In this document: positions 49,385 to 59,256 of the stretch, one piece after another | Layout of the letters: each line of letters begins with the position of its first letter | Position numbering within the stretch: position 1 is the first letter of the stretch | Assembly (NCBI GenBank): GCA_963724295.1 | Contig: CAVRUC010000004.1 | Coordinates: 331,551-395,550 of the forward strand | Length of the DNA stretch: 64,000 nucleotides | From: an uncultured Chloroflexia bacterium | GTDB lineage: Bacteria; Chloroflexota; Chloroflexia; Thermomicrobiales; UBA6265 | Direction of reading: 5' to 3' | The notes under the pieces: model-generated | The model's input: only the letters and a program-made list of their open reading frames with translations | Told to the model about the DNA's origin: nothing | The model's database searches: none | Made by a program: the position numbers and the translations under genes

Positions 49385-50352
49385 GCGCCCATGAAGACAT
49401 CTTCGACCGAATTCGAACCGCCGTCGCCGAGGTCGCGCAGCGAGCGAAGCTGGTGCGTCTGGTCGACGCCCAGGTCGCGCCGTATGCCGCATCGCTCACG
49501 TCCGCCGGGCTCCCCGAGCTGGTCTACGACACCGCGCACCACGCCAGCGGCTCCGTGGCCGACACCGTCGCCTTCCAGCTCGCGCTCGACACGGTCAATT
49601 TTGGGTCCGGGTATTTTCCGCACCTGCGCAAGCGTCCCGGCATGTCCGGGTACTTCACCGTGGCGTCTTCGCTCAAGGGGCGCTGGGAGCGCGGTGGACC
49701 ACTCAGCGGCGCTGAGTTGCGAGCGATCGACACCGACGGCTGCGCCGTCCTCTTCGGTCAGGAAGGCAACACGGGACCGGCGCAGGAACTGATGGCACTG
49801 TTTGCGCAGGCGTTCAACGACCTCGGCGCGTGGTTGGGCGGGCGGTATGACGACGATCCCCTCGGCCCCATCGAGGACGCCGGCCAGTCGGCCGGCCGGC
49901 TGGTCGAGCTCGTTTCCGAGATGCGCTTTTACCGCGACGTTTCCATCTACGAAGGAACGGAAGTCCCCCTCTACAAGCGCGCGCAGATCCTGGCCACCGA
50001 TCTGGCTATTGCCTTCGACGGACAGGGTCCGGGATCGTTCCGAGATCTCGACCGACTCACCATCTTCGCCGACAACTTGGTGCCGCACGTGCTGCGCGTC
50101 GACGGTCTCCTCGTCTACGACCCCGATCTCCTGGCCCGCATCGAACGCGGTGAGCTGATCCCGGCAGGATCACCTGAAGAGATCGAGATCCGCGCGGTCG
50201 CCGTCCATGCGGTCGAGCGAATCGCCGCGGAGCTACGCGCCTCAGGCGTCTCAGCCACGGCTCGGGAGCTGGACTACCTTCTCTGGAATCGGGGCAGCGG
50301 CGAGGAGTACAAGACCGTCCCCCGCCACCGGACACGTACGGTGTTTTATTGA
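49381..50352 (+). CDS. Queuosine salvage family hydrolase (DUF2419 / Qng1-like)
   Basis: LDTVNFG, LYKRAQIL, LTIFADNLVPHVLR, EEIEIRA, LDYLLW, HRTRTVFY C-terminus. Confidence 0.9.
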   Translation: MSAHEDIFDRIRTAVAEVAQRAKLVRLVDAQVAPYAASLTSAGLPELVYDTAHHASGSVADTVAFQLALDTVNFGSGYFPHLRKRPGMSGYFTVASSLKGRWERGGPLSGAELRAIDTDGCAVLFGQEGNTGPAQELMALFAQAFNDLGAWLGGRYDDDPLGPIEDAGQSAGRLVELVSEMRFYRDVSIYEGTEVPLYKRAQILATDLAIAFDGQGPGSFRDLDRLTIFADNLVPHVLRVDGLLVYDPDLLARIERGELIPAGSPEEIEIRAVAVHAVERIAAELRASGVSATARELDYLLWNRGSGEEYKTVPRHRTRTVFY

Positions 50353-50388
50353 CCTGGGGCGAACGGAATAATCAATTACTGCAGAGAC

Positions 50389-50423
50389 AAAAAGGGCGGC
50401 TCCCCTACACTTGGGGAGCCGCC
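50389..50423 (-). terminator. Intrinsic terminator downstream of the tRNA fragment
   Basis: GGCGGCTCCCC-N7-GGGGAGCCGCC with an A-run 50389-50393 (U-tract on minus strand). Confidence 0.8.
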
Positions 50424-50425
50424 GC

Positions 50426-50451
50426 TGGTAGCGCATAGGGGATTCGAACCC
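50426..50451 (-). other. tRNA 3'-end fragment (T-arm, acceptor strand, CCA; possibly tRNA-Glu); probable att site
   Basis: Minus strand GGGTTCGAATCCCCTATGCGCTACCA; no anticodon or D arm upstream. Confidence 0.8.
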
Positions 50452-50765
50452 AGATTCTCGATTTTATTGTACCTACGCGGCAATTCGGCCCTTTGTTAGA
50501 CTGATGGTCACAATTTGGTCACGCTATTCGCCCTTTCCCTCCCCTCGCCTGCCGCCAACGGCCTCCTCTAGTTGGTCCCACGCTCTCGAGAGGGGACTAC
50601 GGACGGTGACCCGCGACCTCGGTGTGTCCCATGAAACTGTGCGAGGAGTCGCCAAGCAGGTGACGCAGGAATCAGTGGTGGTCTAGGGATCAGCTTCGTC
50701 TGGCTGACGGATCTAACTTCAGCCGTTCACCCGGCGGACTGTCTCGATATTATTCGCAGCCCCGG

Positions 50766-53213
50766 TCATCGATTTCCTAACGGCGTTACGCTGCCAGCAG
50801 CGAGCTCGTTGGCCAGATCCAGCGCCTCGGCAACCGCCTGCTCGATGGTCAGGAGCCTGCCCGCCTCATACGCTTCGGCGAAGCGCTGCTCACCGAGTTG
50901 TCGCATGAGAGCGCACCGCGTTTGGTCCCGGCGCTCTGACGCTGGTCCCCAGCCAACGAAGCCGTAGCACCTGCGATAGGCATCCGCAGCTCCCAGCAGT
51001 CGAGCCGCTGGCTCCAGGCGCCCCTTGACCTGAGCGAGTTGGGCAATCCCCACCAGGTCGACAAAGGCATCGCTCGGATCACCGGCGTCGCGACGCACCT
51101 CGACCGCATCGGCGTGCAGTCGTGCGGCGCGCTCCAGGTCGCCTGCAGTCCGCGCCACATCTGCCAAGTCCGCCAGGGCGCTGGATTCACCCCAGACACC
51201 ACCGAGCTCCCGGAACAGCGCCAATGCGTGCTCCAGGGACGAGGTGGCCCCCTGGAGATCACCCGCACGCAATTGCGTGACACCCAGCATCCCCAGCGAC
51301 CAGCCCTGCATGCCGGGGTCGCCTGCGGCGCGAGCGGCGGCTGCAGCTTCCCTGGCCAGCTGAGCGGCCGCCTCATGGTGTCCTTCCTCTTGCTCGACCC
51401 AACTCACTGACAACGCACCCCGCGCAGCCAGCTCTGGATCGCCCGTCGCGCGGGCCAGATCACGGCATTGGGTGGCGGCCATTCTGCAGAGCGCGAGGTC
51501 GCTCTGATGCATGCTCGTCACCGTGAGGCCGTTGTATCCCCATACCTGCGCCGCCGGAGAGATGGGTGCACTGCTCGCGAAGGCGCGATCGAGCCAGGTG
51601 CGGGCTTCCTCCCAATGCCCACCGGCAACCGCCCAGTAGTCGACCAGGGTTCCACCGACGACGCAGAGCACGGTCCCGGCATCCCCCGTCGCGAGCAGAT
51701 GCGTCAGCATGACGCGGAAGTTGTCCTCCTCCGCTGCCAGGTGCCGAATGGTCTCCGGCACACCGACGCTGATGTCCATCCGGGCTGCGAGCGCGAGGTC
51801 AGCGAAAAAGGTGGCATGGGCCTGGCGCAGAGACTGCTCGTCCTGCGGAAACTGGCGCAGCTGCTCCAGGGCGAACTCGCGGATCGTCTCCAGCATGGTA
51901 AAGCGCGGCTCATCCTCCATCTGGTCGACCTGGCGCACCAGGCTCTTGTCGACGAGCGAGGCCATCCCGCTGAAGACATCGAGGTCGTCGTCTCTGTTGG
52001 CGATCGCCTCCGCTGCTTCCAACGTCCAGCCCCCGGCGAAGACACCCAACCGGCGAAAGAGGCGGCGTTCGTCGTCAGTGAGGAGGTCATGACTCCAGGC
52101 CACCGTATCGCGCAGCGTGCGCTGTCGCGCCGGCGCATCCCGCGGACCACCAATCAGCAACGGCAGCCGCGTCTCCAGCCGAGCCAGGAGTGCCGCGGGT
52201 GGCAGCAGCTTGACGTGCGCGGCGGCCAGCTCGATGGCGAGGGGCAACCCGTCGAGCCGATGGCAAATGGCGGCGATCGCCACGGCGTTCTCCTGCGTCA
52301 GGGCGAACCCAAGTCGACTCTTCGCCGCGCGATGGAGAAAGAGCGCGATCGCGGGATTGGCTGCCAGGTCCGCCAGCGATAGGTCAGCCCTCAGGTCAGG
52401 TAGTGGCAAGGGCTGCACGAGGATCTCCTGCTCGGCGCGCAGGTTGAGCCGCTCGCGGCTGGTGGCCAGGATGGTCAGATCGGGACAGGCCGCAAGGATC
52501 GTTGCGAGCTCGGGTCTGACTGGCAGTAATTGCTCGCAGTTGTCGAGGATCAGGAGCACGCGCTGGTCGTGCAGTCTGGCGATGAGCGCCCGGTCAATCG
52601 ACTGACCGCCGGGCTCATGCAGGTCAAGGGCGCTGGCGATCGCCGTGAGCAACAGCGCCGGATCGCTCACGGGCGCCAAGTCGACAAACACGATGCCGTC
52701 GGCGAAGTCCGCGGCCAGCTGCTTGGCGACTTCAAGAGCCAGCCGGGTCTTGCCCGAGCCGCCCACGCCCGTGAGCGTGACGAGGCGCGTCCCGGGATCG
52801 CGCAGGAGACGGGCCAAGACCGCCAGCTCCTCGCCGCGGCCGACGAAGGGCAGCGCCGAGGTATGAAGGCCTGGCGCGCTCTGGCGAACCGCGACCCTCA
52901 TGGCCGGCGTCGCTGCGGCTGGATGGCGTCTCGGTGCAGATGGCCGTTGCGCCGCACGAACGAACGCCGTGCGGTCTGTTCCCGTCAAGCCCAACCCGGA
53001 CACCAGGAGCCGAATCGTCTCCTTCTGGGGCCACGTGCGCCGACCGCACTCCAAATCGCCAATGCCCCGGGCACTCAGCCCGGTACGGCTGGCGAGCGCC
53101 TCCTGCGTGAGGCCCGCCGCCACGCGGTAGCCACGCAGCAGCGCACCAAACGGGTGTTGGGCCCATCCGCTGGCTGAGGTGCGAGTTCCACCACAGTGCC
53201 ACTCGATGCTCAT
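50766..53213 (-). CDS. XRE-HTH + NB-ARC/STAND ATPase + TPR regulator
   Basis: [56 protein letters not shown]-like C-terminus; paralogue of the gene at 1-1194. Confidence 0.92.
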   Translation of the reverse strand: MSIEWHCGGTRTSASGWAQHPFGALLRGYRVAAGLTQEALASRTGLSARGIGDLECGRRTWPQKETIRLLVSGLGLTGTDRTAFVRAAQRPSAPRRHPAAATPAMRVAVRQSAPGLHTSALPFVGRGEELAVLARLLRDPGTRLVTLTGVGGSGKTRLALEVAKQLAADFADGIVFVDLAPVSDPALLLTAIASALDLHEPGGQSIDRALIARLHDQRVLLILDNCEQLLPVRPELATILAACPDLTILATSRERLNLRAEQEILVQPLPLPDLRADLSLADLAANPAIALFLHRAAKSRLGFALTQENAVAIAAICHRLDGLPLAIELAAAHVKLLPPAALLARLETRLPLLIGGPRDAPARQRTLRDTVAWSHDLLTDDERRLFRRLGVFAGGWTLEAAEAIANRDDDLDVFSGMASLVDKSLVRQVDQMEDEPRFTMLETIREFALEQLRQFPQDEQSLRQAHATFFADLALAARMDISVGVPETIRHLAAEEDNFRVMLTHLLATGDAGTVLCVVGGTLVDYWAVAGGHWEEARTWLDRAFASSAPISPAAQVWGYNGLTVTSMHQSDLALCRMAATQCRDLARATGDPELAARGALSVSWVEQEEGHHEAAAQLAREAAAAARAAGDPGMQGWSLGMLGVTQLRAGDLQGATSSLEHALALFRELGGVWGESSALADLADVARTAGDLERAARLHADAVEVRRDAGDPSDAFVDLVGIAQLAQVKGRLEPAARLLGAADAYRRCYGFVGWGPASERRDQTRCALMRQLGEQRFAEAYEAGRLLTIEQAVAEALDLANELAAGSVTPLGNR

Positions 53214-53562
53214 GTCGTGTCGAGGCGATCGCCCGGATGGACAGCATAGGCCGAGCAATGCCCTCACGCAATGGCAAATGCGTGAGCAGGTTGCGTGAGT
53301 TGCTCCTGGTGTCGCCTGTGGGGCTGATCCAGAGTGGCCGCAAGGCTCGGGCAACACCCAGGACGACCTGGTTCCAGAAGTTCGTCCCGAGCATCTAGAG
53401 GAAGGAGAACGTTCGTGACCCAGCCGTCACGTTCACCCTCATCGCTCCTCTCCCGTCGCGCGCTTATTGGCGGCACTCTCGCCGGCGTCGCCGAATCGCA
53501 CTTCCCCTCGCTCGCGGTCACCATCCCACGACAAGACGACCCGTTGGACTAGGACAGACACC

Positions 53563-54063
53563 ATGCCACACCGCAGCGCGGAAGCGGATGGTACCCACGA
53601 TCGCCTGCTCGTCTTCGGCGCTGCCGCAATCGTGCTCGGTGTGGTGTTGGTCGGCCAGGGCGTGCTGCTGTCTCAGCCTGCGGCGCACCGGGTCCTGCGT
53701 GCGCATGCCACGCTGCTGCCTGCCGAGCCCGGAGGGCCCACTCCGGACGAGCGGCTGGTCTCCGAAACGTCACCGGCAACCAGCGCCCGGCCCGCGTTCA
53801 CGCCGCGGAGCGCGAGCACCGGTGCCACTGGGTTGATGGCGGCCTGTGCCCCGCGTCTCGACCTGGACCATGACCTCCGTCTGATGCTCGCGCTCCTGGC
53901 GCTGCAGGGGCAACGCCACGCGCAAAGGTACCCGGCAGGACTCTTTCGCCCGCCAACCACGGGGGATGTCCCGGCGAGCGTGCTGATTCTTGCCGAGAGA
54001 TCGGGCGCCCGTGCTGGGGCGTCGCCAACCGCCCCTCGGCATCCGATGGATCCGAACTGTTGA
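53563..54063 (+). CDS. Hypothetical protein with one TM segment (doubtful)
   Basis: RBS AGGA before ATG; hydrophobic LLVFGAAAIVLGVVLVG. Confidence 0.35.
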   Translation: MPHRSAEADGTHDRLLVFGAAAIVLGVVLVGQGVLLSQPAAHRVLRAHATLLPAEPGGPTPDERLVSETSPATSARPAFTPRSASTGATGLMAACAPRLDLDHDLRLMLALLALQGQRHAQRYPAGLFRPPTTGDVPASVLILAERSGARAGASPTAPRHPMDPNC

Positions 54064-54323
54064 ATGAGGTGGCGGAGTCCAGCGGACAACAACCGCGCAT
54101 TGTCGAGTCCTCAGCTCCGGTTACCAGAATCCGTCTCAACTCGCTCCGGCGCGGATTCCAACGGCGGCGCTTAGCCTTCATGCGCTCGTAGAGACGACAA
54201 AGTCGCTCAGCGGCTCCGACCGCCCAACCCATCGTCTGCACGTGCTGCTTCGAGCAATCTGCGATCATCGGCGTACACTGAATTGCCGTGAACCCGGCGC
54301 CGCGACAGGAGCAAGACCGCACG

Positions 54324-54776
54324 ATGCGCGATTGGCACGCCTTCAACCGGGGGGTAGTTGAGCAGTTCCGCACCAACAGAGGGGTTGGACCGGGCCGCTG
54401 GGCCACTCAGCCGCTGCTGCTCCTGACCACAATCGGAGCCCGAAGTGGTCTCCCGCGCACGACGCCGCTGCTCTACTCCACCGACGGTGACCGCCTCGTG
54501 GTCATCGCCTCGAAAGGGGGTGAACCCACCCATCCCGACTGGTATCACAACCTCCTCGCGCATCCGGAGGCGACGGTTGAGGTGGGAGCGGAGACTTTTC
54601 CCGTGCGGGCCGAGGTGGCGCAGGGGGCCGAACGGCGGCGGCTGTTCGATCAGCAGGCCGCGCAGATGCCCTTTTTCGCCGAGTATGAACGCACCGCCAC
54701 GCGCACCATCCCCGTCGTGATCCTGACCCGCAGCGATGCCTCGTCTGGACAGGATCTCCAACGAATCCGGAGTTGA
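54324..54776 (+). CDS. F420-dependent (deazaflavin) nitroreductase family protein
   Basis: FNRGVVEQFR, LLLTTIGARSG..RTTPL, IASKGG...HPDWYHNLLAHP, RTIPVVIL. Confidence 0.93.
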   Translation: MRDWHAFNRGVVEQFRTNRGVGPGRWATQPLLLLTTIGARSGLPRTTPLLYSTDGDRLVVIASKGGEPTHPDWYHNLLAHPEATVEVGAETFPVRAEVAQGAERRRLFDQQAAQMPFFAEYERTATRTIPVVILTRSDASSGQDLQRIRS

Positions 54777-54807
54777 CTCGCGTCGGGCAAGGCAGTGAGC
54801 AGCCGCG

Positions 54808-55200
54808 TCAGGTCGCGTGGCCTTGGTCCCATCGTTTCTGCGCCTGAGCCATCGCCTCGACGTGCTCCCACAGGTGAGCCGCGCCGAACTCCTGCCGCTG
54901 GGCCAGCGCTAGCCCCTGGACGCGCTCCCAGACGCCGCTGACCCACAACCAATCGAAGAGTAGGTCCTCGCTCAGCAGCCCATGCTTCCAAAGCGCCCCG
55001 ATCGTCTCCATATAGGTGAGGACGGCTGTCGCATGGCGATGCCCCTTGCTGCCAGCCGGGTAGCGCTCACGAAACGCGGCCGGCTCGGTCGGCATCTTGT
55101 GGTCGAAGAGCCAAGCCACGGCTTTATCCAAACCTTGGACGGCGGCGAGCTGGGCCAGCTGGACCACAAGCTGAGCATCCTGCGGGGTGGGTGCGGTCAT
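54808..55200 (-). CDS. Hypothetical protein (DUF4760-like)
   Basis: RBS AGGAGG; YMETIGALWKHGLLSEDLLFD..WE motif. Confidence 0.65.
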   Translation of the reverse strand: MTAPTPQDAQLVVQLAQLAAVQGLDKAVAWLFDHKMPTEPAAFRERYPAGSKGHRHATAVLTYMETIGALWKHGLLSEDLLFDWLWVSGVWERVQGLALAQRQEFGAAHLWEHVEAMAQAQKRWDQGHAT

Positions 55201-55343
55201 GGTGGTTCCTCCTGCTTAGATCCTGATCGGCAAGATGCGCGCGGATACCCAGCGTACAGGGGCTAGCCCGGTCGTCAAGCAATTTGGGGGCTTTACAGCC
55301 CGTAACAGTCCACCACAACCGGCCTGCCAGGTGGCTGGCCGGG

Positions 55344-56273
55344 CTAGCGATTGCGCAACCTGGGATCCAGCGCATCACGCAGACCATCACCGAGCAGATT
55401 GATGGCCAGGACGGTCAGCATGATCGCCAATCCAGGAAAGAACGACACCCACCACTGGTGGCGCATCATCGAGCGGCCATCAGACAGCATGTTGCCCCAC
55501 TCCGGCGTCGGGGGCTTGATGCCGAGACCGAGGAAGGAGAGCGTGGAACCGAGGATGATCGCCCCGGCGATGCCCAGCGTCGCCAGCACGATCACGGGGG
55601 GCAGTACATTCGGCAGGATGTGACGCAGGACGATTGCTCGGTCGCGCGTGCCAGAGACGCGGGCTGCCGTCACGTATTCGGCTTCGCGGGCGCTCAGCAC
55701 CGTTGCGCGCACGACGCGCGTGTACTCTGGGATGGCAGCGATGCCGACCGCGAGCATGAGGTTAAACAGGCTGGTGCCAAGAATGGCCACCAACGCCATC
55801 GCCAGGAGGATCCCTGGGAAGGCGAGCATGAGATCGACCCATCGCATCACAATTGTGTCGATCCGGCCGCCGTAATATCCAGCGATCAGCCCCAGGGCAA
55901 CCCCGACAACGGCCGTGATGCTGACCGCGACGAACCCGACGGGCAGCGACATTCGACCGCCGTACAACACGCGCGAGAAGATGTCGCGCCCGAAGGTATC
56001 CGCGCCAAAGAGGTGCTTCGCGCTCGGCGCGGCACGAATCGCCGTCGAATCCTGCTCAATCGGGTCGTAGGGAGCGATGAGTGGCGCCAGGACGGCCAGC
56101 AATATCATGATGATCAGCACGATCGCGCCGGCGATGGCCCCGGGATTGCGACTCAGGCGGTGCAGTGCGTCCTGCGTCAGGCTACTGGAGCTGGACAGTC
56201 GGCCCAGAGCCGCGCTGGTCTCCTCCCCTGCCAGCGATCCTATCCCGGCGGCGTACGGCTGGACATTACTCAT
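55344..56273 (-). CDS. Peptide/nickel ABC permease (DppC-like)
   Basis: HLFGADTFGRDIFSR, EYVTAAR..G, RHILPN, LSFLGLG, NLLGDGLRDALDPR. Confidence 0.95.
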   Translation of the reverse strand: MSNVQPYAAGIGSLAGEETSAALGRLSSSSSLTQDALHRLSRNPGAIAGAIVLIIMILLAVLAPLIAPYDPIEQDSTAIRAAPSAKHLFGADTFGRDIFSRVLYGGRMSLPVGFVAVSITAVVGVALGLIAGYYGGRIDTIVMRWVDLMLAFPGILLAMALVAILGTSLFNLMLAVGIAAIPEYTRVVRATVLSAREAEYVTAARVSGTRDRAIVLRHILPNVLPPVIVLATLGIAGAIILGSTLSFLGLGIKPPTPEWGNMLSDGRSMMRHQWWVSFFPGLAIMLTVLAINLLGDGLRDALDPRLRNR

Positions 56274-57190
56274 AGCGGATCCTGGGGTCGAACGCCGCAT
56301 ACGAGAGATCGATGACGAGATTGACCAGCACGTAGACGATTGCCGTCACCAGCACCGTGCCCTGAATCAACGGGAAATCGCGGCTCGTAATCGCCGTGAT
56401 CGCGACACGTCCCAACCCCGGTCGCGAAAAGACCTGTTCCGTCACCACCGCCCCGGTCAAGAGCCCAGCGAGGAGGATTCCAAAGTACGTGACGACCGGG
56501 ATCAGCGCATTCTTGAGAGCATGGCTTGTCACCACAACACGCTCCCGCACACCCTTGGCGCGCGCGGTGGTCACATAGTCCTGGCGCAACACCTCGAGCA
56601 TCGATGACCGCACGAGCCGGGCAATGTAGGCTGCAGAAGCAAACCCAACCGTGAGTGCTGGAAGAACCAAATTCTGCCATCCACCCGTTCCCGTTGCTGG
56701 AAAGAGGTGGAACTGAAACGAAAAGGCGAAGAGCAGGAGCAGGCCCAGGTAGAAGACGGGAGTCGATACGCCAAGTAGGGCCACCACCATCGCGGCCGAG
56801 TCGAGCCACGTGTTGTGGGAAAGGGCGGCCAGTATGCCTAACGTCACCCCAAGGACGATGGCAACCGTGAGGCCGGCAAGCGTGAGCTGCAGCGTCGGCC
56901 AAATTGCTTCCCGGATCGTGTCCCAAACCGGACGCTTGTCGTGCAGCCCACTGTCCCAAATCCCCTCGTAGCAGATCGGCCATGTAGTCTCGGTACTGCT
57001 CCCAGAGCGGCCGATTGAGTCCAAACTGCTCACGAATCTGCGCCTCACGCTCCTCTGACAGCGGCTTCCCCATCGAATAGATCACCACCGGATCGCCTGG
57101 CGTGAGGTGGGCTATCAGAAAGGTGAAGAGCGTTATGCCAAGCAGGACGGGGATCGCCTGGACCAACCTACGGAGAATGTATCGTGTCAT
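56266..57190 (-). CDS. Peptide/nickel ABC permease (DppB-like); frameshift at ~56955
   Basis: MTRYILRRL..PGDP..LLRGDLG in one frame; RSSMLEVLRQDYVTTARAKG, HALKNA, DPRIR in another. Confidence 0.92.
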
Positions 57191-57266
57191 TGGCCACCTA
57201 CAACCTCACGCCGCCCCCAAGGGATCGGGGACGACGCAAGGCTGATGAGGAGGATGCTGGAAAACC

Positions 57267-58943
57267 CTATTCCGTGAAGTGCGCGTCGTTCATCCACACA
57301 TACGAGGCGAGGAAATCGAGGAAATCGCCCTCGAGATTCGCCCGTTTGCCGTTGTAGGTGATCGAATCGGCGAGCGGGATTGTGACTGCGTCCTCCAGCA
57401 TCTGCAGTTGAATCTGTGAGTAGAGCTCCTGCCGGACCTCGGTATCGGTCGCCGCCGCGGCGTCGAGAAGCAGCTGATCGACCTCGGGATTGCTGTAGTT
57501 GGCGTAGTTGAAGTTCCCGATATTCTCGGAGAAGAAGAGGGTGCGCAACACGTCAGGGTCAGCATACGAGAACCAGAGGAACGAAAGGTCGTAGTCTCCT
57601 GCCTCCTGACGTTCACTGTAGGCGCCTTGTTCCATCGGCTCGACCACCACATCGACGCCCACTTCGCGGAATGCGCCTTGAACGAAGGTCGCCATGGCCT
57701 TGTCGTTTGGGCGATCCTGTGTCGGCCAATAGAGGGTCAACGGCTGCCCGTCCTTCTCGCGAATCTCACCGTTCAGCGCCCAACCTGCTTCGTCGAGCAT
57801 GCTGTTCGCTGTCGCCGGGTCGTAGGTATAGACCTCCTCGGTCTTTGGCTCGTACCCCAGCGTTGGTTTCATCAGGGGGCTTGCGGCAGGTGAGAAGGTG
57901 CCGCCCCACACCGCCTGATTCATGGCCTCCTTGTCGATGGCGTAGGAGAGGGCGCGGCGAACCATGACGTCCGACTGCGGGCTGTCGGTGCGCGCGAGAT
58001 TGAAGAGAAGAATGTACCCGGTGCCCGGCTGCCCCTGTTGAATGATGACGATGTCCGGGTTCTCCTGGAGGTCGGCGAGTTGCAACGGGTCGACCCCGTC
58101 GATGTACTGCGATTCACCCGACAGCAATGTGCCAGTTCGCACCGCGTCGTCCGGGATGAACTTGTAGATCATTTCGTCGAGGTAGGCCGCGCCGGAGTGT
58201 TCGAAGAAGGACGACCCCCAGTTGTAGTCGGGGTTTTTCACCAGCGTCACATGGTCCTGTTCGACCCACTCCTGAACCATGAATGGACCTGTGCCGACTG
58301 GCTTGCGACCAAACTCGGCGAGGCCCATTTCCTGCACCGCCGTCGGCGACACGATGCCCAGATAGCCGTTGAGTCCGCTCAGGAACGGTCCGAAGGGCCG
58401 ACTCAGCACCAGGTTGATGGTGTAGTCGTCGACGATCTCGGCATGATCGTAGGCGTCGATCTGATTAAATCCCTGGCCGGGGACAATAACCGTTTCCGGA
58501 TCCACTTCTTCTCCGGCCGCGGTGAGCTTTCGGCTCTCGACGACGCGGTCAAAGGTGAACTGGACCGCTTCGGCGTTGAACGGGGTGCCGTCATGGAAGG
58601 TCACACCTTCCTTGAGTTTGAAGGTGTAGGTCAATCCGTCTTCCGAAACTTCCCACGATTCGGCCAGTCCGGGAGCGAACTCGGTCGCTGTTGGCATCCA
58701 GATCAACGGTTCGCAGACATTGAGCATGATTCTGATTGTGGAGTCGTAGTTGGTAACCTGGGGGTCGAGAGTGCCATCGACATCGAAGCCGACCCCGTAG
58801 GTGAGCGTTCCCCCCTGGGGCACATCTTGCGCGCGCGCAATGAGCGGCTGCGGTGCCGTGAACGGGGTAACGCGTCCAAGCGCCGAGGCGGCTGCACCCG
58901 CCGCCGTCCCTGTGAGTAGCGTGCGACGGTTGAGAGTCAACAT
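57267..58943 (-). CDS. Peptide ABC transporter substrate-binding protein (family 5, Tat signal)
   Basis: LNRRTLL signal, PGLAESWEVS.DG.TYTFKL..GVTFHDGTPFNAEAV, PVGTGPF. Confidence 0.95.
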   Translation of the reverse strand: MLTLNRRTLLTGTAAGAAASALGRVTPFTAPQPLIARAQDVPQGGTLTYGVGFDVDGTLDPQVTNYDSTIRIMLNVCEPLIWMPTATEFAPGLAESWEVSEDGLTYTFKLKEGVTFHDGTPFNAEAVQFTFDRVVESRKLTAAGEEVDPETVIVPGQGFNQIDAYDHAEIVDDYTINLVLSRPFGPFLSGLNGYLGIVSPTAVQEMGLAEFGRKPVGTGPFMVQEWVEQDHVTLVKNPDYNWGSSFFEHSGAAYLDEMIYKFIPDDAVRTGTLLSGESQYIDGVDPLQLADLQENPDIVIIQQGQPGTGYILLFNLARTDSPQSDVMVRRALSYAIDKEAMNQAVWGGTFSPAASPLMKPTLGYEPKTEEVYTYDPATANSMLDEAGWALNGEIREKDGQPLTLYWPTQDRPNDKAMATFVQGAFREVGVDVVVEPMEQGAYSERQEAGDYDLSFLWFSYADPDVLRTLFFSENIGNFNYANYSNPEVDQLLLDAAAATDTEVRQELYSQIQLQMLEDAVTIPLADSITYNGKRANLEGDFLDFLASYVWMNDAHFTE

Positions 58944-59256
58944 GCGGGTTCCTTCTCCTGATGCGAGCGACTGCTGGCCTGGGTTCGACCTGGAGTATCC
59001 TGGGTGCTTCATCCCGTTCCTCCGCGCTGAGTAGACCTCGACGCGACATCCGAAACACGCTGCCTGACAGCGCGGCTCCAAGGTGCCTATCTGGTTGATC
59101 GATCGCGGCGCTGCGTCGATCGCTCGGCATCTTAGAGCCATGCTATGAGGCTCAGCGAGCGTATCGTCGTGATTGGGGACTGTCAATGCCGGAGACAACC
59201 TGCATCACCCCGTATCTCTGATGGAACCGCAGCAAAGCGTTGAGAGAGCGAGAGTC

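Noticed and set aside
50426..50500. Complete tRNA gene
   Set aside because: Only the T-arm and 3' acceptor strand are present; upstream sequence cannot form anticodon or D arms
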